This document shows, piece by piece, positions 1 to 12,929 of a stretch of DNA of 64,000 nucleotides. The position numbers and the translations under genes were made by a program. The DNA is from Utricularia gibba (lineage: Eukaryota > Plantae > Magnoliophyta): assembly GCA_002189035.1 (NCBI GenBank), contig NEEC01000011.1:1488001-1552000 (forward strand), read 5' to 3'. Every line of letters begins with the position of its first letter. Positions within the stretch are counted from its first letter, which is position 1. Below the pieces are notes generated by a model, which saw only the letters and a program-made list of their open reading frames with translations, made no database searches and was not told the DNA's origin.

Positions 1-279
1 AACCAATGTTTCTATCAATGTTTAATGACTACGATGTTTGCATATATAATGATTTGCGTATACATAGTTGTGTGTTTCTATAATTTTGTAAGATGTATAA
101 GGATAAATATGGGCTATCCAAAAGGAAATTTTGTTTTTCTATAAGAATTGGTTGCTATTTTCCTAAGAAGGGTGGACAAAGGAGAAGGTTACTCTAATTT
201 ATAAGAGTTCTTTAGTCGTGAGAAAAATACTATTTATATTGTTTTCTGCAATGTCTTAAAAGCAGTTAATCTTATAGCA

Positions 280-835
280 GTGGAGTGGATTATGCCAAAA
301 TATAATAACACACAAATTCATTCTTTTTTCATAAAAGAACCTATGCATTCTTATTTAAGTAATTGTATTTGTGTCATAGATGGAACTCATATTAAAGCAT
401 GTGTTCATGAAGCTCAAAGGGTCCGATACATTGGTTGTAAGTGTTATCTTACCCAAAACATACTTTTTGTTTGTGATTTAGAAATGTATTTCACTTATAT
501 TATAACTAGTAGTGAAGGAATAATTTATGATAGTAGAATTCCTATAGATTATATTAATCAAGAGTGTCTTTACTTTCCAGCAATACCCCCAACTAAATAT
601 TATGTGGATAGAGTAAGAAATCGATTTTTAACCACAACATACATGGTAGATGTTGGATTTGCAAAGACCATTGGATTTATGATACCTTATTATTGTGAAT
701 GATATCACACACCAGATTTTCAACTCAGAGCAATTAAAGGATACAAAAATCCACGATAGTACTTCAACTCCAGACATTCTTCACTTCGAATTGAGAGATC
801 ATTTGAAGTATGAAAGAACAGATTCCATTTAGTGT
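280..835 (+). mobile_element. PIF/Harbinger DDE transposase remnant (degenerate)
   Basis: ORF 280-702 contains NCICVIDGTHI...YLTQNILFVCDLEMYFTY, resembling Harbinger nuclease motifs (DCIGAIDGTHI, QNVLAVCDFDM.FTY). Broken frames at ~700-835 read like YH..DF / FNSRHSSLR.ERSF. Stops and frameshifts are present. Confidence 0.8.
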
Positions 836-1244
836 GCAAAAAAATATGAAATTTAAGCATCAAGTGAGGATAGTAATTTGCTATGTCATGTGAATGCTTT
901 TTGTGATTCTATTACGAATCAATTGTCGGCTACTTATCAAAGAAGAATGTGATGTAATGCCTTTAATTTTAGATTTTTCACTATTATATACTTTGATTTG
1001 ATGCTTTATTTAAAAATTATTTACAGTTAACGTGTATTAATATAACAAAATAAAGTATTATAATAATAAAGGGTATACAGTGAACTTAAAATTATAAAGG
1101 TAATTATTTATAATTTACTTCAACAATATAAGTTCTACATATTACTAATTTTAAATAGATTACTTCTATTTATTCTATATCTAATTATACAATAATTTCT
1201 ATTTGTCAATTAAGAAAAAATTATAGATTAAATTCATAGACTAC

Positions 1245-2430
1245 TGATGGTAATTCTACAAGTGCACAGAAACCGTCGAAATAATAAAATAAGATCATAT
1301 CCACAGGAAATTGTTATTGAAATATTCTTTTCAAAACAAAGAGTAAAAAAGATTGGAAACAAAAGAAAGATTGGTTTTTGAAGACAATAAGAAAAGTGAC
1401 CTTGGATCTAAAATCCACCTTACTTGAAACTTGCCCTTGCGTGTGTGCAAACCTTGAAAACTGACCTGCTTGCGCAAGATTTGGGGGTGTTATACTAAAG
1501 TAGTGCTACTCGTTGACCGTTATAGCACCGTCCCTTGTTTTGTAGGATTATGCAATCAACCACGCCACCAGAGCCATTTCACCTCTTGTGATAACCCATG
1601 TTTTCCCCATACCCAAATCTAACCCCTACACCTCATACCTCGCAGACAGATTAGACAGAATGTGTCTTACCAATAATGTCCGATTGAGCCCTTCTCCTTA
1701 GGTGCTTGAGGCCAATCTTTGATTCTCCCACACTCCCTTAGGGTTATATGGTACTAAAAATCACGTTGGTAAAGAAAACGTGTGAAAAACAGAATCAGAC
1801 CTCAAATTAAATGCTGAAAAACATAGTAAGAAAGTCACGCGCGCAGCACTTGCGCAAGCAAGGCTTCACAGCAGATCCTCAGCCGCAAGAGCTCACACGC
1901 GAATGCTTGACTCTAAACAACAAAAGTTGATGAAAAATGAAGGGAAAGGAATCCAAAGCATGCTAGACTCGACTCTAAACCCTAGATTGACTCTCTGGTC
2001 GTCCACCACTTCGACTCTCTTAGGTCCTCGCGTTTGGATCTTTATATAATGGTGGGGATTTGCCGAGCTTTCTTGATGGGTTCGCATCAAATCTTCTATC
2101 CGAATCTTTGAAGATTTGATACAAATCTTCTAGGATGAGATCCAATTTCTCCAAGATAAGATGTGGATCTTATCTTATCCGAAAATTTTTGACCGAGTTT
2201 TCATCCGAATTTTTGATCGAAGATTTTCAAAGTAGCTCGAAAATCCTCCAAATTATTCCAAATTCGTCCTGAAAAATCACAAAACACACTTTCTCTCCAA
2301 AAAGATCAAAGTGGTATGAAAGATATAAAATTCTTCTAAAAACATAAAGAAAGTGGGATAAAAAGAATGCAAAACTCATCGAAATGAGTCTCAAAAAACA
2401 CAAATATAAGTGACACAAAATAACTTATCA
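1245..2430 (-). mobile_element. Solo LTR (~1186 bp, Gypsy-like) with perfect 5-bp TSD
   Basis: Begins TGATGG (1245) and ends TTATCA (2430), giving TGAT...ATCA termini. Flanked by identical ACTAC at 1240-1244 and 2431-2435. No internal coding sequence. Orientation and Gypsy class are inferred from the terminal sequence style. Confidence 0.8.
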
Positions 2431-3479
2431 ACTACATCTTAACTCTTTGTTCTTTATAGATTGAATTCTTTGATGAGATGATTTTATTTTTTATTTTGAT
2501 GGTTTTTGTGCTTACATAATTATCTTGGATAAACTTTTTTTAAAAAAAATATGTGTGATATATATATACTAATTATTATTAAATAATCAATTTGATAATT
2601 AAATTAAAATATTATGATCTATATACTATTGATCATTAAATGTGTTGCTTTATTTTTAATCAATTATTTATTATATATTACATTTTCCGAAAACTTTAAT
2701 ATTTAAAATTTGAAAACTCAAACTAAATATCTACTTATTTCCACTTCAAAAAAATAATTTCAATGAAACAGTTTTGGTTGGAACAAAAATTGTTCGTAAA
2801 GCTACTGTAAATCCTTTTGAAGTATAAGATATTTTCATTGGAATTTTTGAAAATTGGTTCTAATTTATAATAAATTACTCTTTATGTATTTAATTATCAT
2901 CTATAAAACAATTAGTTTTCCATTCGCAATAGGTTTGTCATGCATGAATTTATTGAACCTATAAACTCAAAACCAAGCACTGAAATACAAATCTAAGTTA
3001 ATTGTTTTTTATTTAAAGTTTTTTGGTAGAGCTCATTTGATAATACCGTTGTAATGTTAGTGTTTGATTAGATCGAGTGTGGAAACCTTTTCTTCATTCT
3101 ATTATTGAATTCATATTTTTGTAATTGTTTTGATTATTGTGTGGGGTGTACAAGTAAGTAGAGATCTTGTAGTTCTAAATTCAATAAAATTATGCTTCAT
3201 TCATAAAAAAAATTATGGTAAATTGATGGTATAATCAAGGATATAAATTATAGTTGGTGATTTGATGCCCAATTGTAGAAGTCATTTTGTGATTTATGGA
3301 TCTTTTCTAAAATTCATTCAAATCTCATAAAATCTCCACACATGAAAAAAAGTTTAGTGACTTCGTTCATTCTAATCTTTTATATAATTCATTAACTCAA
3401 AGCCATATTATTTTATTTTTTAAATTAATTATTTTGAACATTCTGTTTTTTTTTTTGTTTTTAGTAAGACTTATTGAAA

Positions 3480-4900
3480 TTTTTCTAGATATCATATGAT
3501 AATGGATATTCAACTGAATTTAATTCAAGTAATGACAATGAAACATCCTCAAATAGTTTTGAGCATACAAGGAAAATAATTGCAGCAATTGTTGTATTCA
3601 TTGCTTAATATTACTTTGTAAATCTTGTTAGAATACCCTTTTGAATAAGAAAACTTATGGGGTTGCGAAGCTAAAAGAAATACATGATGATAATCCGATT
3701 ATATGTTATGATGAGTTAAGGATGGATAATTTTTTTCAACTTTGTGACCTATTGAAAACAAGTTATGGACAAAAGTCATTTGGTGGTATTTATGTTATCG
3801 AGCAAGTTGCTCATATACAAAGTCATCTAGGTGAGGAGTATCAACATTCTAATATGGGTTTGTATTGGATTCATTCATCATTTCGCTTGAAATTATGTAA
3901 TGCTTAGAATTATGTAATAACTCATGACTTTGGTATTGATGTTCCTTCCTTAGCTGCTACAATTCATAGATCAGTGCACTCAGTTTTGAAAGTATGCTTG
4001 AAGATGTTTATGCATTGCATTCATTTATTTCGATCTCATGTTGTCACTCCTCTACAAATTGCTAATGACGATTGCTATTGTTGTCATTTTCAGTTTCTGA
4101 GTTTATAAATATATTGTTATTGATTCTTGGTGTATTGTGTTGTTTCATGTTCATTCGAACATGTTTTAATAAGATTGTATAAGAGTTATTGATAGTATAC
4201 ATGTGAAAGAAAAGCTTCCTCTAAATCAAAAAATTTTATATATAGGAAGAAAGTGTTATCCAATTTAAAATATTATGATAGCAATAAATTTCAACTTATA
4301 TTTCCCCTTCATAGCACTTGGTTGGAAGAAGTTGCTCATGATTCTCACATTCTTGTGGCTGCAATTAATGATCAACCAATAAATTCTCAATGTATATTCA
4401 TGGTGAGTGATGTTATCAATAACTTATATAATTATCTAATTTCATGTTATGTACTTTATATTAATTTATTTTGTAAGAAAGTATTATCTATGAACTTGGG
4501 TTACGCCAATAAAATAGGTTTTCTTGTACCCTATAGAAAGGTTCAGTATCATTTGTCGAACTTTCAAAGAAATCCAAGGTCCAGGAATGAGACGGAATTG
4601 TTTAACTTCAAGCAATCATATCTTAGGTTTACTGTTAAAAGATCATTCGGCACACGGAAAAAAAATTAAGTTGGTTAATAATATTCCTTCTCCAATTCAT
4701 TGGAAAACATAGGTTCAAATAATTATAGCTATGATGGCTATACATAATTTCATTCAAATCATGAATATGAATGATTTAGATTTTAAGAAAAATGTAGTAG
4801 AGTATGATGATCAATACACAATAAATGATCTAGATGACACTATAAACTATGAAATTGATGCACTCCAAGATATGCTTCGAGCGAGAATGAAGGTTGATAC
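3480..4900 (+). mobile_element. Second PIF/Harbinger transposase remnant (nuclease ORF with introns, degenerate)
   Basis: Fragments CYDELRMD..F.QLCDLL (3641-3907), DCIRVIDSIHVK (~4157-4210) and GFLVPYRKVQYHLSNF...ELFNFKQSYLRFTVKRSFG (4500-4660). Many stops. Confidence 0.8.
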
Positions 4901-5453
4901 TTGAGAACATGGTGTGTTGTTTGCATAGCTTGGTAATTATTGATCATTTCTACTTACACATTTTATGGAGATTTGATGATTATACTATTACAATAATATC
5001 AAAATAGTAATAGCTTCGTGTTTTGCTTTACCCATTTATGATTTCAACGTGTCTCCAAAGATTCATACTTGTACTAGTTTATGGAAGCCACTTTTTTATT
5101 TTTCTAATTGATACAACAAAAATTGTAATACATCTTATGCAGGAATCAAGTGCAATGCAATTGAATTTATTACTTTGCACCATTGTAAATAATATTAGAA
5201 TGTAGTAGGAATTACTTGCTACTACAATAGCTCAACTAAAGAGTCATATAATAAAAATCATAACAAAATAACTTTTGTAATACTTTTCCTAACAAAACAT
5301 ATATCAAAAATTTTAACAACATTACTATTGCGCTAGTTAAACATTAAAGAGCATCTTTAGGAAATCATCAAAGAAGTTACTTCCTTGTATGCTTTTCTTC
5401 AACTAATAACAGTAAATATCCTATTCATGATGTACAAAAGCAAGTCTTGATAT

Positions 5454-5973
5454 TAGAGATGCTCGTGGATCGGGTTTGATCCGGAACCATCAAGAACCAG
5501 AATCAAACCCAATTAAATATCCAGTTAATCAGTTTTTACTTGGACCATCAATTTCAGTACTTAATCGGTTTCGATCCGATTCTAGATAATAACCGATTAT
5601 AAAAATTTTTATTTATATTTTAAATTTTTAAATATTAATCATTTAAAGCATCAATTTTATTTATTTTATTAGTATATAAATAATAAATTATATTGTTAAA
5701 CTTTAAATGCTATACAGATTTATTCATAAAAATACAATATATTACATAATTAGTATTATAAAAAAAATTATTTATATAAAAATGAAAAATAATCGATTTG
5801 TGTTCAAATAAACGATTCATAAGAATATAAATATAGATCTAGATCATTTATAATTGGTTCTTATAACTTTTCATCCATACTTAGATCATTTATTATTGGT
5901 TCCAATTTATCTACTCTTAAACAGATTCGGTTTTAATCAGTTTCAGATAATATGGGATCAATGAGCATCCCTA
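5454..5973. mobile_element. hAT-type MITE (~520 bp)
   Basis: Termini TAGAGATGCTC (5454) and GAGCATCCCTA (5973) form an imperfect inverted repeat. 8-bp flanks CTTGATAT (5446-5453) and CTTGCTAT (5974-5981) match 7/8. AT-rich non-coding interior. Confidence 0.7.
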
Positions 5974-6032
5974 CTTGCTATGTTATCTTTAGCAAACATC
6001 CAAATATGTCGTTTTGTTTCATTTTCAAACAT

Positions 6033-6400
6033 CTAAATAGCATAACCATATAGATCTCCAACATGTTCAATTGTGAGGCACTGATCAATTATATTCATGC
6101 GCTTTTGCAATTCGCACATTACATCTTTCTTCACTCTCTTGTCACATAAAGATTCAGTCGCTTCGGCCATCTTCTCCAAAGTGGTAGCAATCACATTTTT
6201 TTCTGTTTCTCTAGCCCTTTTCTTTGTGTTTGCAACTGATCTTTTGACTTGAGTTGGCAAATTTGTTCATCTTTCGAGGGTAGGGATTGATCCACTTGGA
6301 GTTTCCACATGTTTGGTGTCTTGAGTTGGAGAAGTGTCTACAAGATTTTACACATTGGAATCCACATTTAGTGGTACAAGTATTTGTATATTGAATTCAT
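6033..6400 (-). mobile_element. Possible C-terminal remnant of the Harbinger Myb/SANT partner ORF
   Basis: Basic/helical ORF (KRSVANTKKRARETEK..LEKMAEATESL) convergent on the Harbinger nuclease, the usual two-ORF layout. No Myb motif is visible, so the call is positional. Confidence 0.35.
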
Positions 6401-9272
6401 ATTCATTAAACTATTATAAAAATTCGCTTTGTAAATAATTTCATTGTTATATTGGTTTTTAAAATTCATCTTTGATACTGTTGTTGAATGAAGTTTTATT
6501 TGTGGTCATTGATATATTATTTTTGTATTTTGAACAAGTGTATGTTTTTTTATCAATATTAAACATTCCAATGTTGCTTACTTTATTTTTAACACTTGAT
6601 TGTAGTTGTGCTTAATTATCATGTTATACTTATCCATGAGACAGACTTGATTAGTTTTTTTTTATTGAAGTATATTGATGTTTTTCAATGATAATGTACA
6701 TATTGGAGTTCGTTTTTAATTTTTAAACATCCTCATGATATGGTTGGAGTTTGTGATTTATATGGAATAAGATAGTTACTTGGGAATATTTTATGATAAT
6801 AGACAATGACATTCGGACTATTATGATATATATTACATTATTATTCAGATTTTTAAATTTTGAACTAACAAATTGGGAGATACCTCGTTTTCTCTAATTG
6901 AATTGGAAAAAAACAAACAAACAAACTTATTGAAAAGATGGAGATGCCCCTTCTTTGAGTGAGAAAAGAAAAGAAAAATGAAGAGAGAGAAGAGAATTAA
7001 GAATGAGGAGCATAGGATAACATTGGTTATTCTGTGAACAGCTCTAGTTAACCTTTAGATCTATATTTTCCCATCATTTTTCCATCCATAACTTTCAGTT
7101 TCAACAGATCTACAACTCACACCAGCAGCCATCTGACACTTTTATTTTCATTTTCTTGCTATCCACTTCTGACTGTGAACATGTTACTATATTTCCTGCA
7201 TTTTTCATGCTTTCATTGTGATTGTGGTACTTGGATACGAACGAAAAGCCTCTTGTAGACGTTATTTTAGTTTAAGAACTTGTTTATGTTTGAGTTTGTC
7301 AGTTTTTAGTTATTGAGTTTAACATGTCTATTATTCACGCTACTCTTTACTTTGTTTTTGGATGTGATTTTCAATAAAAATAAAAGACTTCGAGAAATTA
7401 TTTGTATTACATTCCATGTAGATTCGATCTTTGCTTGTCGTACTATTTTAATTTATGTGATTTATATAATAAAATAATCAGGATTATAAATTTCTTTTGA
7501 TGTGTTGAGTATACTTGATCATGACATTTATCACAAGTATCAACGTTCATCAATCATGAGTCAAGAGTTATACACCAAACTCAATTTGTGCCACAAGTCG
7601 ATCAAAGTTGCATAATTGAGTTGCAAATACTAAGAGGCCCAGCACGTATCGCATGTGTGTGCACGGGGCATCCATCCTATTTCGCAACACAACCTGACTG
7701 CAACGCGTAGGGGATCATTTTCCTGATGCGTGGCATCATTTCTCGCCCGGCATGCATCGTGTCATGTGCACTATAATCAATATTTGTGACAAATTGTGAA
7801 ATATAGCAGCGTTGTACTTTAATCATTACTAATCATAGTATATATAAAATAGTAAATTTACTTAGTTCAAACTCATATAAAAAATAATTAACTCAACATA
7901 TATTAGTTGAGACAAACAAGAGTCACTTATTCACATTTAGAGCGAGTTTAACCCACGTGTCACTCTAATAATTAGTACTCATGTTGAGGACTAGAAGATA
8001 AAATGAATATGTCTTGCCCAAAAAGTCAACCCATGTTTATCCCATCGCTGAAAATCATGCACGTGACAGTTTCATGTTCATATTGGTGACTGATAGGCAT
8101 TTACAATGGGCAATGAAGGAAGGATTCGTATTTGGGGGTTGGTGAAGCAGACCCACGCAGATATCCATCACTTTTATCTCCCCGCATTCATTTTCATAAA
8201 AAATTACTCCTGTCGCTGTTAAAAAAATATTACTGTCTTTACAACTGTGAAAATGGAAGATTGTCCAAGGTTTTATAAATAGTAAATAGAATGGTTTTAT
8301 CTAAAAGTAATATTTGATTTTAATTAAGGGAAAATTGTGCCAATAATTACTAATATTTACCTAAACGATAGAATTGATCTCTCAAAATAATGTCTTAATT
8401 CCTATTATTTTAAAAGTATTTATAATTGATCTCCACGGTTTTCAAATCAGAAAAAAATAATCTCCATGTTCAAAATTGAGCAAAAATAATCTCCTCTATT
8501 TACACTAATGTTAAAATCAATCTCCAATTTAAAATTTTAATATTTTCCCATAATTTAATTTTACTATTTTCGACCACCCGCCCCCTACCCTTTTAGTTAA
8601 ATTGTTCAACAATTCTAACCTTCACGACACAAAGTATCAATTTTTTTATTTTCATTTTTTTATTTTGGTGATTTTTGTGACATTTTCGTCATTTCTGAGA
8701 ACTAGAAGCAATGAGTGCATAATGATTGGTGGATTGAATCAGGTGGACGCCTAGGGAGCTGTTCTTCCGGCACATGGAACATAATAAAAAATGATTTCGA
8801 AATACTCGAAATAGAATTTACGAAAATTATTTCAAAATACTCAATTATTGTCGCACTTCATTATTAATATTTATTATGACGGGTAGGAGTAGGATACGCC
8901 AAAAACAGCAATTCTTGAAGTAGAATGTCTAAACTACCCCTTAGAGTTCGCCAAATTTCCAAAGTCAGCCACTACCGTGTGAACGGCACTGCAAAGAGTC
9001 GATCCGGTGCCTGAATTTTCGTGCATGGAGAGTACATGGATATCGATAGCTACAGTAATTTAATCAATACAAATGCCTTCACAACAAGGTAGAAAAGCTA
9101 AAAAACAAACGCCACTGCACGAACTAAACAAGGAGAAGGAAACATAAAAGAAAGAAACTGGAATCTGGATAATCGCCATTGCTTTGCTACTATCAATTCT
9201 AATTCCAACTGTTAAACAAAAATTGACCATTAGAATCCATGGTAGCAAAGCCCCCCAGCTCCTTTTTTTGAC

Positions 9273-9533
9273 CTAGTTGTGAAGAGGGTTTGGTCCAGTA
9301 TGCACTAATCTCTTCTCCTCTTCAACTGAATCACTGCTCCGGCGATCCGCCTCCGGTGACAGGATGAATACCCGGTCCTTCCTCGCTACCGGGGACCGTG
9401 AACGTGCACGCGTAACCGTCATTGCCTCGGCGGAAGAGGAGGGAGGGATTTCGCAGAGCATGAGAAGAACCCCGATTGAGAAAACCAGAGTTGTTGAAAT
9501 GGGGTTTCTTCCTCTTCTCCTCCATAAAGCCAT
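9273..9533 (-). CDS. CLE16: CLE signalling peptide precursor, CLE16/17 type (86 aa, single exon)
   Basis: ATG at 9533, TAG at 9273. Hydrophobic signal segment (TTLVFSIGVLLMLC) and C-terminal CLE dodecapeptide RLVHTGPNPLHN directly before the stop. This matches the Arabidopsis CLE16 peptide as I recall it; orthology is not proven. Confidence 0.92.
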   Translation of the reverse strand: MALWRRRGRNPISTTLVFSIGVLLMLCEIPPSSSAEAMTVTRARSRSPVARKDRVFILSPEADRRSSDSVEEEKRLVHTGPNPLHN

Positions 9534-11399
9534 CGTTTTCTAAGCTCTCACACACGATGGAGGATAATATCTAAATACCATATTTATTTATTTAGTTATT
9601 TATGCAACACGGGTACTGGACTGGCAATCAGTACCCACCCAATCGAAATTGCGGAGGCAGCAACACTGGAGAAATGAAATGGGGACAGACAGGGAAACCA
9701 CATTTTTCATTATAATGAATTTAATAAATAACTAAATGGATCATGTATTTTTTTTATTACAAACCAAATATCTTATAAAATTAGGGTTTTCGTGTAGGTG
9801 ATTACTAAGTGTGTAGTATGTGCGACTTAATTAATAACATATATTTAATTCATGAGTATAAGTTATTGTATAAGTATATGTAAAATAATTAAAAGTAGTT
9901 TGTTTGAAATTAAACAATTTATTTATTAAATAAGTCATATTTTCTTAATTTATGTGATAAATAGTGAAGTAGTTAGAATTGAAATATATTAAAAAAGTAG
10001 AAGTTAAATTTTAGAATAAATAGAGTTATTTTGTAAAACACTTATTTTTACTTTTTACTTTAAATTATATGTTGCAAAATATGTCACACACACTACAACC
10101 TAAATATTTGATTTGGATAGTATAACATCAATTATTAAATCATTTGAAAGATAAGTATCAATTTCGTATAAGCAATTTTTCATTATCAACTCCGAAACAT
10201 CGACACAAATTGTTTGAAAAATTGATAGTGCTCATCCCTAATTTCATGTATATTGGTTGTACATAATTGTCACACTATTTTGTTTTGATTTTCCTATGTG
10301 GGGTAATGATATATACTAGTGATATAAGAATGAGCCACATGACCCATCTCTTTAAGAAGCATTAATGGTGCCACGAGGTGGCTAATTTTCGACCCTTTGT
10401 GAAGATAGACAATGCAATCTATCTCACACCATCAAACTACACCTATCTAATAATATTACTTAAATAGTAGTTGTAAACTTTATTTAGGTAGATGAGTTTC
10501 TTTTTTTTTGTGTGAAAGTAACCTTCAATCTGACGGCTGAAACCGTGTTTGAGAGTTTGAGGTGTATCAATTAATTATTGACAGTTGGGACTATATGATG
10601 TATTTGAAAGCAAAGTGGCCCATGACTATATAAAAAATTGGTCGTATTATGTGAAAGATAAAATCATAGTAGCTATTTTTTCCTATAGTATTTTGTCATT
10701 TGAAAGTTGGTCTTTATTATGATATTAGGATGTAATCTTTCAATTTCGAAGCTTTTGATCGACGTCTTTTTCCTACTTCTACTTGAATTGTCTTGTTCTT
10801 TACCTGTTTTCTATATTTTGAATTTCTTTTGGTGCTCACGTTTGTTTATTATTTTTTTGGTTCTTCATTGTTGGATCAATTTCTTTGAGAGTCCAATGAT
10901 GCTCCTGTGTAACAAGTGCCGTGCCATGCACTTGTTTGAGAGTCTTTGTATTATTTTCTTATAGTTTCTGAACTTTGTTGTTGTGTCGTAGTTATTGCAA
11001 TTCTCTTGGTGGTATTTTTGTGAACTACAATGTAATTTTGAATTCTTTGTTTCACAGAACAATCTGATTGGATTCAATAGTATGGATTTAACTTAATGAT
11101 GGAATAGGATTTCATTATTGCAATGAATCACAATGAATATTCATTTTTTTTTGTATAAGAGATTCAAATTATAATTAAAAAATAGGAGGAAATAAGTAAA
11201 TAAATAAATTACGGTTAATACAACTACCTAAAATGGCTTTTTTTTCCTTTTTTTTCTTCAATTTTGAATGTTGTGGATCCTTGTAAAATGAGAAATGTGT
11301 ATTATTGTTTTTTAGCATACAATATGCATGTAAATTTAGTGAAAAGAAGTGCTAATACAAGCACTGAAATAGATAATAGGAAAGGGTTTGAAGGTTAAG

Positions 11400-12800
11400 A
11401 ATGGTTTATCATGTGGATGAAATTGATTCCATTGAAACCCTCTTCCGTATAATTTACAAAAGTACCATCTATCATATCCTTTCAATTACCTTTATTAATA
11501 ATTGGAATATTCGACATCTCGATATGAAAACTAAATTCCTTCATTGTGAAATCATTAAGGATATCTACATGGAACAAACAACAATAATGCAAAGTAAGAC
11601 ACTCCTCTTGCATGTATGCAACCTGAATCAAGCTTTATATGAATTAAAATAAGCACCTAAAGCATAGTTTAATCAATGTAAGTTCTTTATTTTGTTCATC
11701 AGTTTTTCTTATAGCCTTGTCGACCACTCTTTATTTATTGCACATGAGGGACAAGATATTCTGATGTCGCTTCTTTATGTGGATGATATTATTGTAACAA
11801 ACACAACAACAAAGTTGATGCAAAAGTTAAATAATAAACTATCCTTGGAGTTTGAAATGAAGGATCTTGTAACCTTGCATCACTTCCTTGGAGTGCAAGT
11901 GTTGGACACCCCTAAATAAATTCATCTCTCACAAACACATTATGCTATATCTCTTTTGGACAAGTTTGGACTTCATGATTATAAAATGGCAACAACACTC
12001 TCAATTCTCAAACCTAAACATTACACATAAGTGTGAAGCTAATAGTACACCCCATACCCTTCTGAGTATTGATTGAAGAGCTTCAATATCTCATTTTCAC
12101 AATGCCTAATATCACTTATAATGTGAATTAGGTCTCACAATTCATGCACTCTCCAACTATCTATCATCACAATCTTGCTATTCGAATATTAAAGTATATC
12201 AATGGAACTCAATCTTTTGAGTTCTCATATCACAAGAACTCTCCAATGCAATTTGAAGCCCACTCACATATGGACTGGACAGCTTACCCTTTTGCTTGTA
12301 GGGATGGGTTGCAGAGGCTGAAGGGCTTCTATAAAATTTCGGGCTATTCTGGGTATGGTCTCCCATATAATAAATAAAGCATTTTATTCAAGTATTAAAT
12401 ATTCATATACATATTAATATTATTTAAATAATTTACATAAACTAATTTAAATTTATCATATGACTTATTAACTCACATTATTTATTCAAAAAATAATATA
12501 GTGCATGTAAAAATGAATTAAAATTATTAAAAACTAAAAATAATTATAATTATAATATATAAAAACTCTGTTATTGAGTTGGGCCTTAGACCCCTAAACC
12601 TAATTAGCCCTAAGGGCTTCGAGCTTCAAGTCAAAAAGCCCGATAAAATTTTGGATCATCTATGTATAAGCTCAAGCCTGATATGCTTCACAAAACACTA
12701 ATCTTATATTGTGATAACCTCTACCTTACATTTCTTCATAAATCTCATACTTCACTCTCACTATAAGTATATTGAGATTGACTATCACTTTGAAAGTTTC
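11400..12800 (+). mobile_element. Ty1/Copia RT-RNaseH remnant
   Basis: Frameshifted fragments WNIRHLDMKTKFLH..KDIYMEQ, DHSLFI..LLYVDDIIVT..FEMKDL..LHHFLGVQV, RILKYINGT, and LYCDN..KYIEIDYHF at ~12700-12795. Confidence 0.88.
12299..12681. mobile_element. MITE-like insertion interrupting the Copia remnant
   Basis: Copia homology stops at ~12298 and resumes at ~12690. The insert starts TAGGGATG (hAT-like) and has GC-rich ends around an AT-rich core. Candidate 8-bp flanks TTTGCTTG/TATGCTTC match only 6/8 and the TIRs are degenerate. Confidence 0.35.
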
Positions 12801-12929
12801 TAACTCACTATCTTGGAGGCTATGTAGCAAGATTTGTAAAACAAATTTTTGAATAAAACTTGATTTTTGTAGCACAATATGAGTAATTTTCATATATTCA
12901 ATCACGTAAAAATATATGTTATCAGTACA

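Noticed and set aside
8325-8965. Possible MULE-type MITE (GGAAAATTGTGCC ... GCCAAATTTCC)
   Set aside because: The terminal match is short and imperfect, and there is no TSD.
10330-10623. Possible MITE with ATGAGCCAC / GTGGCCCAT ends
   Set aside because: A 9-bp imperfect match without a recognisable TSD could be chance.
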